From NCBI GenBank assembly GCA_013239625.1, contig MU053557.1:4804123-4868122 (forward strand): DNA of 64,000 nt. Direction: 5' to 3'. Every line of letters begins with the position of its first letter. Within the stretch, counting starts at the first letter, position 1. A program made the position numbers and the translations under genes. The notes beneath the pieces are model-generated. The model did not search any database. It saw only the letters and a program-made list of their open reading frames with translations, and was not told the DNA's origin. Positions 35,801 to 50,449 of this stretch are shown in pieces. The stretch comes from Lama guanicoe (Eukaryota).

Positions 35801-38800
35801 GGGCCCCAGCTGGCTGGACCTGGCGCAGTGGCAGACGGTGAGGGCCGTGGGGGCAGGCCAGGAGCCGGGCCGAGGTGCCCAGGGGCTGTTGACTGAGGGA
35901 CAATGCCCTGTGTGTCTGGTGGGGCTCTGGCGGGTGGCACCTCCGCCTGTGGCCTGCGGCCGGCCGCCCAGCCAGCACCCACAGGGCCGGCTAAGACAAT
36001 CAGCTTCGTCAGTTTGGGGGATGGCAAGGGGGCAAGGGCGGAGGAGGGACAGGCTGTCCGTTGGTCAGGAGAGCAAATGTTCTCAGAGCGTGCTGGCCAG
36101 GAGCGGGACACAGGCCCCATCTCCCAGGGAAACAGCCTCAGGCTCTCTGGCCTCAGCCAGCCTCAGGTGAGCTAAGCGGCCCTCGGTGACCAGAGTCCCA
36201 CCCTTAGTTCACAGGCAGGGAAACTGAGGCCAGAACGAAGAAGGGACTTGTCTAGGATTATACGACAAATTAGAGGTGACAGAGCCGGGATTCATACCGA
36301 GTCCCATGCAGGGCTTTATCCACCACCCTACACTGTTTTTCTTGGCATATTTTCTGCACAGTTCTGGCCTGCTGTGAACATGTTTCTGAATCTGCGTGCT
36401 CTCATGCAGGCCAAGTCACAGGTCCATGAGGACTTGATGACTGGTTGTCCTGATCTTTCAGATGCAGCCTTCCCCTTCCTGTATAGAAGGTCTCTGCCCC
36501 AAGGGCCTGCCCCTGTGACTTCCATTCTCTCTCAGACTCAGGTTCCTTCTCTGTAAAATAGGAGTCATGGCCAAGAAGTGACAGTAGCCTAAACCGTTTC
36601 TCCCTGAAATCCTTCTGAACCTCGGCTCCCCCATCTCTAGAACGGGGATGCCATAGGATCCATCTCTTGGGGCTGTTACGAGGAGTAAGGGGAAAAACCT
36701 ATGTTAAACAGCTGGTACTGTGCCTGGCACGTAGTAGGTGCTCAATTAACACAGCTGTTTATTATGAAAATTATCATTGTAAAATAATTGTATCATTGTT
36801 ATCTGTAAATGTTAGCTGTTCCAATTAGCATTAGAGCTAGCTCAGTTCTCACTGCTCAGCGAACTCTCCTTTCTACCCCTTGGGCCCACCCTCCTGGCTG
36901 AGAGAGCTCTGGGCTTCACAGGGTCTGGCCACAATTTTGTGAGCTCAGGTGACCCCAGGGTCTATGTGTCCTGGAATCATACGCTGACCAGACCAGGCCT
37001 GCTGGTCTCGGTCTCTTACCCCAAGTCCACCTGGAGAGACGGAAGACTGCGTGGAAGGGATGTGAAGAGGATAGGGGAGGGATACCATGAACAGACCCCT
37101 AGGACTGTACCGTCTTGCTCAGGGCCACTCTTGGCCATTTACAGGAATCGGCCAAGGGGAAGAACGCAGGGTGTGAGGCGCTCCTGAATGTCACAAGATT
37201 AATCTGTCCAGGGCAGGTTTCCACAGCATAACTGAGAAGCTGGCTGAGGCTTGAGCTCATGAAAGATACCACCATATTTGGTCAAATACTAGACAGGGCT
37301 CTATTCTATCGTTGGAAACTCCAGAGGGAGGGGGACTCTGAAAATACCTCCTCAAGCAACAAGGGCCCCCTCTCCCACCCCAGGCTGTCCCAGCCCCTCC
37401 ACCACTGTCCTCTGAGCATGTCAAACAAGCATGAGGGGGCGAAGGATGGAGCAACCTGGTTATAATCTGTGCAGCCTCCTTGCTGCCCCTCTGTTGCTGC
37501 TGGCAGTAGGGTCTGACAGACATGCAGCTGGGGGGCCCCTCCCTATATCCACAGAAAAGTGGGGAAATTAAAAGATAGGGCCTGGGCTGCAAGGGGTTCC
37601 TCTGCTTCTCAGGACCCCTGACACCACCACTATCTCCTTATCTGCTGGCAGCACACACCCCTGGCTCCCATTTCCCAAAGACGAGACTTGGCCTCCTCGG
37701 CTCCCAACTTCAGTACTTGTTTATATAGATTCCAGGGTTCCGGCCCCGGAGTTCTGACAGAGCAGGCCCAGGAGTCTGTACCTTAACAAGGACCCAGTCT
37801 AGGAGCTACAGGGGTCCTCACCCACCACCTAGCTCATTCCCTGCCCAGCCCCCACTCTACCATAAGGAGCCCAAGACCGGGGGAGGAACAGGCCTGACTC
37901 AAGCTCACACAGCATGTTGGTGTAGAGCTGGGTTTGAGCACAATTCAGTCTCCTAGTTCTTACTACTCTTCCCCAAAACTTTATACATACATCTCTGGGC
38001 CTCTTTGCTGGTCAAGAGGGGACCCAGGGGCCAGGCCAGGCCCTCTGGGAGTCCCAGAGGCCTCAATGTGAAGGGGGTGTCTGTGGGTACCCAGGCAGGT
38101 GCTGTGCAGAGTCAAGGAGGGCCCCAGTGACCATCACTGGGTTTCCCATTCCTGGGCCATCTCAGGCCAGGAAGGAGGCCTCTCCTTCCAGCCTTGGTTT
38201 CTAGAAAACACTGAGGGGTCATCTGCCCCGCAGGATATCCTGAGTGTGAACCCTGGCCAACCACCAAGGGACCCTACCCACCCCCAGGTCAGAGCCAGGC
38301 CTGAGGTTGGTGTGGGAACTTGGGCTTCAGGGGTTTCTGCCCCACAGCAGAGTTGAGGAATGGAGAAGGTGGTCAGTACAGGTTAATGAGGGAAGGGGCA
38401 AATGGACGGGAGAGTGAGGGGCAGGGATTGGTCGTGCTCAGAGCCACCAGATCCTGCGGCTGCCACCCAGCTCTGAGCCATTGTGTACTCACCACCAGGT
38501 GGCACCACCAGAAAGCCAGACATCCCTGAGGAACAGGCAAACCCTGGCAGAACTTCCAAGCCAGCCACTCCTTTTCCCTGGAATGGGCCCTGAGCTGAAA
38601 ATGAGGGAACCAGGTAAGTACGTAAAGGTCCTGTGTCTGCCCCTGGCTGCCTGAGCAACTCTATTATTGATGAGGACCAGCGCCTGGGACACCTTCCACA
38701 GCAGAGCAGGAACAGCATAGCCAGATAGGAGTGAGGGAGCAAGGGTGGGGTGAGGGCTTCTGTCTGCTGTGTGATTGAATCCCTTCACCTGAAGCACCTA

Positions 38801-39454
38801 CTACGAGCTAGGCCCTAGCCATCTAGTACCCGGATACCGTAATTTCCAGAAAATTACAATGGGCAATCATAATAGCCGTTTCTTAATATCTACTACTGAC
38901 TGCCAGGCACTGCACTAAGTCCTTCATGTTCATTGCTTCATTAAATCTTCCCAAACACCCTGTGGTGAGGTCCTAAATTTATCCCAAATCCACAGGTGGA
39001 GGAACTGAGGCTCAGAAAGCCCAAAGTCACAGAGGATTCAAAGTGAGTTTGTCTGATTCCCTGCAGTGGAGGAAGGAGAGGAGAATTACAGCCATGGGGG
39101 GAAGCCAGAATGTCCAACTGGTCAGCTGGTCATCCAGGAGGGTCTATGCTTGCCTCAGCCTCACCCTGACATCCTCAAACAAAGCAGACTCTGTATGCTG
39201 GGGAAGTCACTGAGCCCAAGCCCAAACTACAGTCCTCAAGAGGAGCTGAGAGCTCCCAGGGTGTGGGCATGACACCCAGCAATGTTCCTGGCACATAGGG
39301 GGCATTCACTAAATACCTGATGCACTGAATCAAACTGCTTATATGGATGTAATACAGGGTGATAACGCTTGCATGGAGGATGGGAGGCCAGAGTAGTGGG
39401 GATCCGGAGGAGAAGGTGCAGACTAGGAGGTAAGAGTTCAGACTCCAGAGACAG

Positions 39455-39670
39455 ACAGACCTGAGCTTTAGTCCAGCCTCTACCAGTTCACAACTGTGTG
39501 ACCTTGGGAAAGTTACTTGACTTCTCTGAGCCTTAGTTTCTACTGCACAGTAGAGATAATAGTAACTTGGGCTTCAGTGGATGGTTGTGGGGACCAAACA
39601 AGATAATGCATGTTAAAGCACTTAGCAGAGCACCTGACAAAAGTAAGCACTCAATTAGTGGCAGCTGCAA
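39455..39670 (+). mobile_element. MIR SINE (representative; many more MIRs, e.g. ~290-460, 4590-4770, 52150-52370, 52880-53030, 54735-54900, 60455-60650)
   Basis: MIR core ctgtgtgaccttgggaaagttacttgacttctctgagccttagtttcc...gataatagta...aaagcacttagcagag. Confidence 0.75.
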
Positions 39671-42600
39671 TTGTCACTATAATTGTTGCAAGTTTTGAGT
39701 TGGACCTTCAAAAGGATAATTCTGGAGTATTCCTAGGTAGGAAGAGCACTGTGAGGTGGTGACTAGGATCGAACCAGTAAAGAATGCAGAGGTCCCTGTT
39801 CCCAGTGGACTCACTCTGGAGCCTTGGCTGGGCCAGAAGACCTATGGGATTTGGTGTAAAAATTTGCCCAAGTGGACCCAATAAGTTTAGGGGAGGCAGA
39901 AGGAGACTAGCAGGCGCCTTTGCTGCAAGATGGAGTGGGGCTGTGGCCAGGAGGGTGCATCCTCCACTGGAGGTCTTGGCTCTCCTGCCGCGCTGCCCAC
40001 CCCAGCCCCCACCCCCTCAGGGTAGGAGTCCTTCTCCCAGGCCCATATTTGCACAAATGCCTCCCTCACTGCGTGCTCCAGAGCCCCAGCCAAGAGGCAC
40101 TATTTTAAGCTCCCTGGACGGGAACACTGTTGGTGGGAACAGACTCAGCCAGTAAGCTCCCAGTTCTCAAAAAGGGCAAGGCCTGGGTGAATGGGCGGCC
40201 ACTGGGATGTACAGAGGGGATGCCACATCTACATGACCCTCTGCCCAGGCCAGGCGCCAATGCCTCTGCCCCCAGGGGGGGAGTCAAGGAAATGCGAGTT
40301 TGGGTAGGACTCCAAGAGGTGGGCTTGTGCTCTGGGACTGGGTGGCCGAGGCTTCCCTTCTGCCCAGAGTCCAGCCTTGAAAACACTAATTTGTGTTTCT
40401 GGGTTGCAGATGGACCCTGGGAGAGATCATGTGTAGCCCCTCTCAGTATAGGAATCCCTTCTAAAGCATCTTTGCTAGACACTTCCAACGTAAGGAATCA
40501 ATTTCTCTGAGGACATACATTTCACTTTTTAAAGCTCTCTTTGTTGAAAATAATCATTATAACAATAAAAGTTTTCTCTTTCATTATGCTGAAGTTCCTT
40601 CCTGGCATGCAGTGCGGTGTGGTGGGAGATTGCAGACCTCAGAAATGGTGGTTGGACATTTGCTCTGCCTCTTCTCATGTGGCCACATCCATTTTTCCTA
40701 ACCTCAGTGAGCCTCAGTGTCTTCACAGGGTTGTTAAAATGCCTTTATCATAAAAACTGTGATTTTTCTGGCACACGATGTGTACTTAATATTTAGCCAG
40801 TTTGGGTTGTTTTTATTGTAATTTAGTTGGTTTGTGTGTACCTGTGTTTGTTGTATGGTGTTTCTGTGGTGTATGTGCTATTTTTGCTTTTTGATTGTGA
40901 AGAACTGGTAGAGACTAATATTTAAAGCACAGACTTTGAACTGAAGTGACTGGACCCTTGCCTCTCCACGAAACAGCTGGGTCACCTTGGGCAAGTGGCC
41001 TAACTTCTCTGAGCCTATGTGTCCTCCTCAAGAGGAGGAGGAATTAACAAGATAACACAGGTAAAGCACCTGGCACAGTGTGGGCTCCGGGAATGGCGCT
41101 GCTGTTATCTTGCTGTACACATTATTCTTAGCTCTGCTCAATCAGGCCGCACTGAACAATTCTAGAACTGCTCTTTTTCTAGAACTTTCCAGCTCCCAGA
41201 GTCCCAGTAATGGAATGGCTGCTCTGGGAAAGAGTGAGTTCCCAAGTAGTGGAGGGGTTTTAGCAGAGGCCAGAAGGCCAGTTGTGAAGGAGACTGAAGA
41301 AAAGAAGCGAGTTGGGCTTATTGAGCTTTAAAAAGTTCCCTTCTACCCTGAGAGGTGGAATCTTATATCCAAGGCCTCAGGCCCCCATGTGGGGCTGTCC
41401 TGCCTGCCTCTACTTGCCCAGACCTAGACAGGAAGGAGCCCAAGGGGGCCCACGAGGCATGTGGAATAAACAGCCTGTCCCCAGGGCAGATGGAGGCGCT
41501 GGGCCCCTTGCCCACCAGCATATCCTCCCTTAGTCCCGGGGGATGTTTATACTCTGGTCAGAGTTTACAGGACGTCTGGACTTACAAGATCCAGAGTTCT
41601 GATTTTTCCCCACAAAGCTGTCAGCCCCTCCTCTTGCTGGGTCTGCATCTATTTTGGGTGGGAAGCCCCATTCTCCAGCGGAAGCAGGAAAAGGGTACAA
41701 CATGAGAAATGTTGTCTTCAGACCCCTGGAGCCCAGACCCCAGGGGAGGAAGAACCTTGTGCTGTGGGGGAAAGGGGGTGGAGTCTCTTGGCAGTTTATG
41801 GAAGAGCAGTCCTGGGAGGGAGAGGCTGGGGGAGGGAGGACACTTCCTTTGCAGCTTGGGTTCAAAGGCCTGCTCCCCAACACAGCTGAAAAAGGATGAT
41901 ACTTACCAAAGTTTGACTTACACGTTGGTTTCTGCTATTGGCTCAGATAGTACTGCTTTTATTGCTCTGGTTTTGGTGTGTATCTGCGTGACTGCAGATT
42001 TGTAGATGGGGTCTTGTACGTGTGTGTTTTGTTTTGTTATCGTTTTGAAGGGTCACTAGGCGGAAGCTTCTCATAGGCAGTGAGCATGCCTTATTCACAC
42101 ACATGCTTCTTGGTGCCTGGCTTGGGTGCCTGAGCCCTGTTATGACCAGGGCACGAGCTGCCGAGAGAACAGAGAAACGCTGAGCACTACTCACCATCCA
42201 CCACTTGGTGGACACACAGTGACTCTAAGATTTATCACATCACTCTTCAGCAAGGAACCCTGATGGCCACCGCCAAAGTCCCCGTCCTCATCTTGCCTCC
42301 CTCCAAGAAAACAGCCTCCAAAACTTACAGGCTCTTAGGGCTGCACTGAACCCCAAACCAGGCCTCCCTGAAGAAGCTTGTCTCTGTGGCCTGAACCTGT
42401 TAGCAGACGATATTGAGAAGCTGCCCTAGATGGTAATTTAAATAACTTGCCTGAGAGCCTCTGTAATTTTCTAGGAGCTGTGATCTTCAAGTTATGGGCA
42501 ATGAAGAGCCTTGAGAGTTCTCGAGACGGGTTCATTCCCTTCATTTAACAAACATATACTGAGCACCTACTATGCACCAGGCACTGTTCTAGGCACTGGG

Positions 42601-45600
42601 CATACAGCAGTGAACAGTGAAACAATTCCTGAGCTCATGTTCTCATACAGAATGATGGAGGTAACAGTATCGACATTTTAGGGCCATTTTAGGGCTCTTT
42701 CTGGGCCCCTCTGCTCTCAGTCTCCTGTATCTCCTGCATCCCTGGGAACTGCCACATCTCCTGGGAAGCCCTTGACCTCAGCCCTTGGGGCATGTGGAGG
42801 AAGGTACAATGCTTCCAGAATGTGAAATCTTGCCAGATTTAAATTGGAAGTTCTGTTCTCATAAATACTGTATTTGTGGAGAAGGAGGAAGAAGTGCCTT
42901 GTATGGAATCTGACCATTTCCAAAGTCTGGTTCCCAGGAAAGAAGCCTTGATCATTGTTCTACTGTTAGAGGACAGCTTCAAAGTTTCTGGCCCTCAGAG
43001 AGAGAGGCGGCCCAGCCCTAGGACCCAGGCAGATGCTGTGAGTAGTTGCCTAGTGGTACCAGTGATATCCCTCATACACTGATAGAACACGACAGTTTAC
43101 AAAGCACATTTATATCCTTGAATTTATTTACTCCCTGCATCAATCCCATGTAAATACAAAGATTTTTACAAAACTGGACAAACTGAGGTTCGGGGAAGGG
43201 AATTAACCTGCCCATGTCTATACAGACAGGGGAAAAGGGACAGAGGTTGAGATGAAAGGTGAGGCCTCTGAGGCCACTTTGACCACCGCCCCACCCTAAC
43301 CTTTCCCCAGTTAGGGAATGGGGCACTGGAACTAGGCAGTGGTGGGAGGTGGGCATCCTGTCATTAGGCAGTGCGCACAGAGCGCCTAAAGCCATCCAAA
43401 TCATTTCTGATATGGCCTGGCCATGCTCTCTGGACAAACCTTTGTTAGAGGGAAATGTGTCTGGCAAGAGGGCTCAGTGCCCAAGGGATATGTTTTTTCT
43501 GTCAGCTCTGGAGAGAGTGCAAGGGTCTGGCTGACCCCAATCTCCCTTCCCCCAGCAGTGCACTCTCGGAAAAAAACTGGGATCCTTTGGCTCTTCAGTC
43601 AAGCCACCACATAGCTATGTCCATCATTTTTTGTCTTCCATATTGGGATTCCTTTGCATTCTAGCTCATTATCTCAACCATATAACCAGCTCTGACCCTA
43701 TTATTCCAGAATCACTTTTAAATCTTGTTTTTTAAACCATTTCTTAGAATCACAGACTCAATGGGACCTTACTGTTCATTTTGCTGGCTTCTCAGTGATA
43801 CTGCTATCAGGTGCTACTACATATTTTTTTAGTCTCTACTTTTTCAAAACATCTACCTCCCCACTCCTTCCATCTGCAGATGAAAAATTTGCTCTTGAGA
43901 ATATAAAGAACAAAGCTGCTCCCCCTGCCCGGAGCCAAGCAGTATCAGTCAGGATGGGCCACGTTGCGCTGCAGTAATAAACAGTCCTCAGATCTTGGAG
44001 GATTAGCCCAGCAAAGGTGACTTTCTCACCTACGTTACAAGTCATGTGTAGGCTACCTGAGTGTGCTTTGCACATCAGAATCACTCAGGGACATACAGTG
44101 ATGGAAGCTTCATTATGATACTTACTTCCACAAGCACCAGAAGTTGGTAAGCAGTGGATTGACAGATGTCAATAATGGGTACTGGGGTCTTGGCTCCAAC
44201 CACTTACTTCCTTCAGGCAAATTCTTTCATCTTTTTAAATGTCAGTTTCTTACCTATAAAGTGAGGATAATGAGAAGGTACCTACCTCATGAATTTGCTG
44301 TGAGGTTAACTAAGAGGATGAGTGTAAATCCTTAGCCCAGAGTCTGGTTCATAAAAAGAACTCAATAAATGTCAGTTATTATATATAATGTCAACATAAT
44401 ATTATGTATACTCAATAGTGGCTACCACCTCCAGACAGAGGATTGGTTCTTTTCACTATTCCTCATGTTGACCAGTTTGAATTCCTTTGAAGAGTTGAGT
44501 TTTTTTTTCTGTAAGTCATTTTTACATTATTTTTTATGCATTTTATCACATGAGAGAGGCCTTATGGGTTCAAAGCTGAAGCACAAAGGATGTAAACATG
44601 TGTCTTGTCAACCTCAACCTAGATTTATCTAATTCAAGGTACATTACCAAGTCCTTTTGAGCCCAGAGAAGGGAGGTCAAATCTGGAGAAGAATCCTTGC
44701 CTGAGATAAAACCCTGTGGTAGAGAGATACAGAAATTAAACTGTAAGTCAGAGTTGGAAGAGGCTTTTAGAATAAGCAAGTCTCATCATGTCTTCTCTTT
44801 TACAGATGGTGAAACACAAGTCCAGAGAGGGAAAGATACTGATACAATATCACACAGCAATTCAGTGTCAGAGCTGGGGCCAGACCCCACTTGCTTTATT
44901 TCTAATCTTGGGGCTTACCGCACACCACATAAGGGGACAACATTCTCTACCATTGGGACAGGGCGAAGAGGAGGGCAGATCTCTCGGAATTATGGCTTGT
45001 CCTCATTTCACAGAGTTGTACTCCAATGGAGTTGTAAAGTTAAGAACTTTATAAACATTACCTTATTAAGTCTTCTTGGAAACCCGAAGTCACAGCTCCT
45101 CTGGGTCATGGGACATGCGTTGAGCATCCAGTGAACAAACAAAGGGTAACGTTACATTTTTCACTTCGTTTAGGAAACCTGGCTTCTAATTATAGGATTT
45201 GTTTAATAGTCCCTGGTGGTTTACAAAGGCTTGGAGTCAGCCTGCAGTCCTCAGGGCTGCTGAGGAGTGTCAGTTGGGGAAACATGGGCAGGGTGGGAGA
45301 TAGGGAGCCGAGAGGAGTTCTCAGCATCAAAGGGGAGAGATGGACGAGCAAAGTCAACTTAAGCCAAGGCCTGGAGGGGAATATTAAAGCAGATTTCCCT
45401 AATCCCATCAACCAGGTTGCTCCTAATTGGAATCTACCTCCAATAACTCTCTGTTCTATTACCATAACCCTTTCATACATGGGCAATGAATATGAGTTTG
45501 CTCTATGGCAAGCAGGTGAAGCAATAGTCACATTACTCTTGGGTTCTATGAAAAACTGAGCCCCCTGCAACAGCAGTCATGATCAGTGTCCCCTTCCCTG

Positions 45601-46659
45601 GGGAAAAATGGACTAGAAGTTGGCTCAATCTCCAGTTATTTAAATAAATCAATTTTAAGTAAGTTGTTTTTTTAAATAAATCTTTATAAATTCTGTACAG
45701 TACTACTCTCCTCGTATATTATATTCCCTTAACACAAATAAAAAATAGAAATTAGAAAAGATAGAAGTAAAAATAGAAGTCCCTAATATATAGTAACTAT
45801 ATACATAGCTATAATGTATAACTAAGCCCCTTCAGTTCATTACCTCAGTGTAAATCAGGAAAAAAATCAAATACAGAAACAACAATGATATAAGTCAAAA
45901 TCATCCAAATTCCCACATTCCTTCAAACATCCAACAGTGAATTTTCACACACAAGTGCACCACATGCACACTTACGTGTGTTAATCTTTGCACAGTTCAG
46001 GCTGTGATTACTACTACCCAGTTGGTCCTTAGACCAATGTTCAAGACCCACATGTTGGTAATGGCAGGAGGTCAGATCTGCAGTGCAGCCACTCTCCCCC
46101 AGGCTCTTACCACCTTCCTCTTATACAACCAGGGGTCCCCTAGTCCTTACAGGTGTTTTGGGGTGGGGACAGCATCCAGGCCCATCTGGTGCTGTATCAA
46201 TACACTGACCATGATAAAAGGATATGAACGTCTGAGCTGAAGGTGGTTTTGTTGAGTCATATCCCACGTTGTGGGGCAAGTTCACAAACTCCCAAAGCAG
46301 CTGCAGAGGTGGAAGCTAATACTCTCCCTAGACCGGGGAAGGGATCCAAACCAACTGCCCAGAGCCCTTCAACAAGGGCAAACCTGCATCATTTCCTATC
46401 AGCATTCACATGCCAGGGAGGTGGGTCACAGAAATTTTGGAGGACTGGGCTCCATCACTGTTCCCTCCCCCGCAACCGCTCTCCCCCAAGGATCAGCACA
46501 AAAGATTTGTTACATTCTTCTCCCTGCCTTTCCCAGAAATACTCCCTTCAGGCACTTCATGGTGACCTTCTGTCAAGGGACAGACAAAATACAAACTCAG
46601 CCTCCAGCAGGGAACTGGGCTACATCCACACTTACCCCTATATGCAGACACATCAGTTA

Positions 46660-47145
46660 TTTTCTTACGGTAAAAATACACATAAAACTGAACATTTTAA
46701 CTATTTTGGTGGCATTAGTTGCACAATGTCGTGCATTTCAAGAGCTTTTTCATCATCCCAAACAGGGACTCTATACCTATTAAATAATAACTCTCCATTC
46801 CCCTCCCCCCAAGGACCTGGCAACCACTATTCTTTCTACGTCTATGAATGTGTCTATTCAAGATACTTCATATAAGTGGAATCATACAGCATTTGTCCTT
46901 TTGTATCCGACTTATTTCATGATGTTAGCATGTGAGTCTTGAACATTTAAAGCATGACGTTTTCAAGGTTCATCCATGCTGTTGCATGTACCAGAATTTC
47001 GTTCCTTTTTATGGCTGAATAATATTCTATTGTACACATGTACCAAATTTTGCTTATCTGTTCATCCATTGATGGACATTTGGGTTGTGTTCACATTTTG
47101 GCAATTGTGAATAATGCTGCTACAGGCATCAGTGTACAAGTATCT
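46660..47145 (-). mobile_element. Old LINE-1 (L1M-type) 3' fragment
   Basis: Characteristic antisense L1M sequence: aagtggaatcatacagcatttgtcctttt, ttcatccatgctgttgca, ttcatccattgatggacatttgggttgt. Confidence 0.8.
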
Positions 47146-50100
47146 AAGTATCTAGGGTTTTGTTGGTGGTGGCATTATTATTACTATTATTATCATAGCC
47201 ATCCTAAAAGGTATGGATGACTGCAGTTTGGCAAATACATCATTTTACTTAAATAGTATTATACCATATATTCTTCTGTACCATGATCTTTAACCTCAGT
47301 AATATGTTGTGGACAGCTATCTATAAAATTCTTGAAAAATTGGTTTGATGACAACTATAAGCATTTCTTCACTAATTGTCTATTGCTTACCTCTCAGAAT
47401 CAAACTCAGTCAATGAAATAAAAATCTGATGCTCATCAAAGAAAATATATGGAGCTTGATTTTTTTAACTCAGGGGTATAGCACTTTCCAATACATAACT
47501 GTCTCCCAAATGGTTACCCCTGAGTTGTGCCTTTTGGGTCGAATTAGTATGAAATCAGGGCCGGAGGTTAGGAACAGTTTGGGGGTGAGAACACAAAGTG
47601 TGAGATAAATTTCATAGGATCTCAGGGCTGGCAGGGACTTACCAAGTTGTCAGCCTGTTTGCATTCCTCTAACAATAGAGAGCTCGTCATTTTATAAGAC
47701 AGCCCACTAGTCCACCTCCTCCTTGAGTAAAGCCACTGACTTAAAAAGCCCTTGTTATGTAGGCCTGCATTCCATCTTCCTGAAGGTTCCAACTGTACTA
47801 ACTCAGTCTCTTCCTCGATCGCCTATAAAGGTGGAGCAGCTCCACCAGGCCCCATGAGATTTCTGGTCTCTAGGCCCTTCACCCTCTAGGTTGGGATTCT
47901 CTTGCCCCTGACGGCACACCCCCTCTGAGGACACAGATCTCACCAAACACATTCTCACACCCAGCCTCCAACAAGAAGCTCCCCTCACTTCCCAAAACTT
48001 ACTCACACATACTAGCCAGAGTCTCACTGACCTGTTTCCTCTGGGAGTGGAGGGAGTTTAAGGCTTCCTCGCCACAGACTGGGAAAAAAAGCCACTTCAC
48101 ACAATGGTTAATAGACATAAAGCACTCATAACTCCCAAGAGAGGCACGAAGGAAACAGACAGGGCTTCAAAAACAAACATCTGAGACAGATTTATGGAGA
48201 CTGAGTCACAAACGGCGGCCATTTAGTTAGCTTTTGGAGATATTTTGGTGCTGGAACACCTCCTCTCCTAGGATGTGTCTCCAGGTCGCTTCGATTCCTT
48301 GTTCTGTCCTCTAATAATAGACTTTCTGATAACAGAGCCTGTTGGCTCGGAGAGGTGGCCGACTCAACCTTGGCCAGGCACAGAGTGCTTGGATATTCAA
48401 ATGGTGGGGTCTCTCCACAACCTACACTGGTCATTTTTCTGTTTTCTGTCTTGATGAAAAAACCTTTGAGGCTACAGTAGAAGAACTAACAAAAGTATAA
48501 CAGTTTCACAGCCTCTCAAGTGGATTTTTCATATTTTTGATGGTTCCCTTGAGCTAGAATTACCTTTACCCTGGGATCTGCTGGTGGTGCTCTGGAGTGT
48601 CAGACTGGAACACTAAGCAGGGGTGGGAAGTGCGGGGTACCAGGCTTCCCCGCCCACCGTCTTACACCCCAGGAGTGGGCTTGTGAATGGCATCCACCTT
48701 CCTGGTTCAGAAAGGAGAGGGATGACATGAACGGCGAGACTGCTGTGTGTCAGGTGTGGCATTGTGACCCTCACAATATCTGGCATTTACTGAGCACTTG
48801 CTCTGCAGCTGTAGCTCTGGGCTAACCCCCTCATAAGCATGGCCTCACTTCATCTTCACAGCAATCCTGGGAGGCAGGGGCTGTTTCTGGCTCCATTTTA
48901 CAGAGGAGGAAAGTGAAGTTCATGGATGTTAAACATCATCCCCACCTCCATTCCCCGTGGGAAGCAGTGGAGGCAGTGCTGAGTGCAGTCTGGCTCCAGA
49001 TTTGACCCATTTCCCAGGACTGCAGGGGCTATCCCACTTGACCTTCACGGCAACACTGAAAGGCAGGCCCTATTTTCCACATTTCACAGAGAAGGAAAGT
49101 GAGGCTCAGAGGAGCAACTGAATAACTGTGCCCAGACCTCACAGGGAGGAAGTGGCAGAGGCAAGAACAAAGGCGCAGGCCTCCTGACATCAAGAGAATT
49201 TTTTCCTCAGAAGGAACAAAGTGGGGGTGAAGTTTCTCCTACTAGTTTGGGAGCCTCTTAAGGTCAGGACAGGGTTGGGTTCAGCACCCAACACCCCCAG
49301 AGGCCACACAGCCGCCCCATACAGGATGGCCCAAGGCTGAGGCCATGTGCTGGAGGGAATCCTGCTGGAGGGAGGCGGCAGCGTCTTGTGCAGGCCCAGG
49401 GGTCTGGAGGACTGTGCACGAAGGTAGTTGGGGTCCAGCCTGCCTGGCCACAGAGGGAAAGCTCTGAGCAACAAGGCTACTTGAAGGAGCCCTCCCCGGG
49501 CTTCAGAGCGGCCAAGCCTATGCTGGTGCTGCCCCTCCACACACATCTTTCTGGACATTCCTCACAGGCACTGCAGGAGGCCTGGGGACACAGACCCTCC
49601 TCAGGGGAGTCATGCTTTCCTGGAAGAGTTAAGACAACAAGCAACTAAATCAGTAGACATGTACAACCCAGGCACGGTCCTAGAGGGCAACAAGCAGGGG
49701 AGGTGGTAGAGAATAAAGTGGTGGCCAGGCAAGGCCTCTCCCAGAGGTGACTTTTGAGCTGAGACCAGAAGCAGTCAAGGAACCGGCTAGCAGAAGCCCT
49801 GGGGATAGGGCACTTGTCTGAGAGGACTGCAATTGCTAAGGCCCTGAGGCATGAAAATATGCTAAGGGCTCCAAGGAGGCCAGTGTAACCAGAGCATAAT
49901 AAGAAAGGGTGAGAGATGGGCCCTTCTCATGACTAGGACTCCTGGGGAAAGGGAGCCCCAGAGGCAAGTCCCTGGATTCTCACTCCTGCCCGTCGCTGCC
50001 TCCTGTCTCACTGAGGCAGGCCCTACCCCTCTGGGGCCCAGGCCTTCTTCGCACAATGATGGAGTTAGCCTCCCAGGGTCCCGGCTCTCTGGAGAGAGGA

Positions 50101-50449
50101 TTTACTTCCTCGTGGCCCCCATCCCCTGCCATTCCCACCACCCTCTGGACCCCAGGAGCCAGGAATGGTGTCTTCCCCACTGACAGTTCCCAGAAAACCT
50201 CAGAACTCCCACTCCAGTCCTGGGACCAGGGACTCGGGAAGAGGAAGGAAATTCTCACACACAGCTTGCTCCCAGGGAGTCTGTTCATGTTCCCAGGCTG
50301 ACAACTGGCAACCCTCAGAACTCTGGCCCCTACCCCCTTCCTCCTCCTCCTCCTCCCCCTGCCTCCCTCTCTCCCCCGGCCCCCCTTCCTCAGCTTAATG
50401 ACTTCCACATGGGCCTCTGGCAGCTGGAGCCAAGCCTCCCAGCATTGTC

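Noticed and set aside
46243..46875. 210-aa and 170-aa overlapping ORFs
   Set aside because: No recognisable domain; they run into an antisense L1M fragment; chance ORFs.
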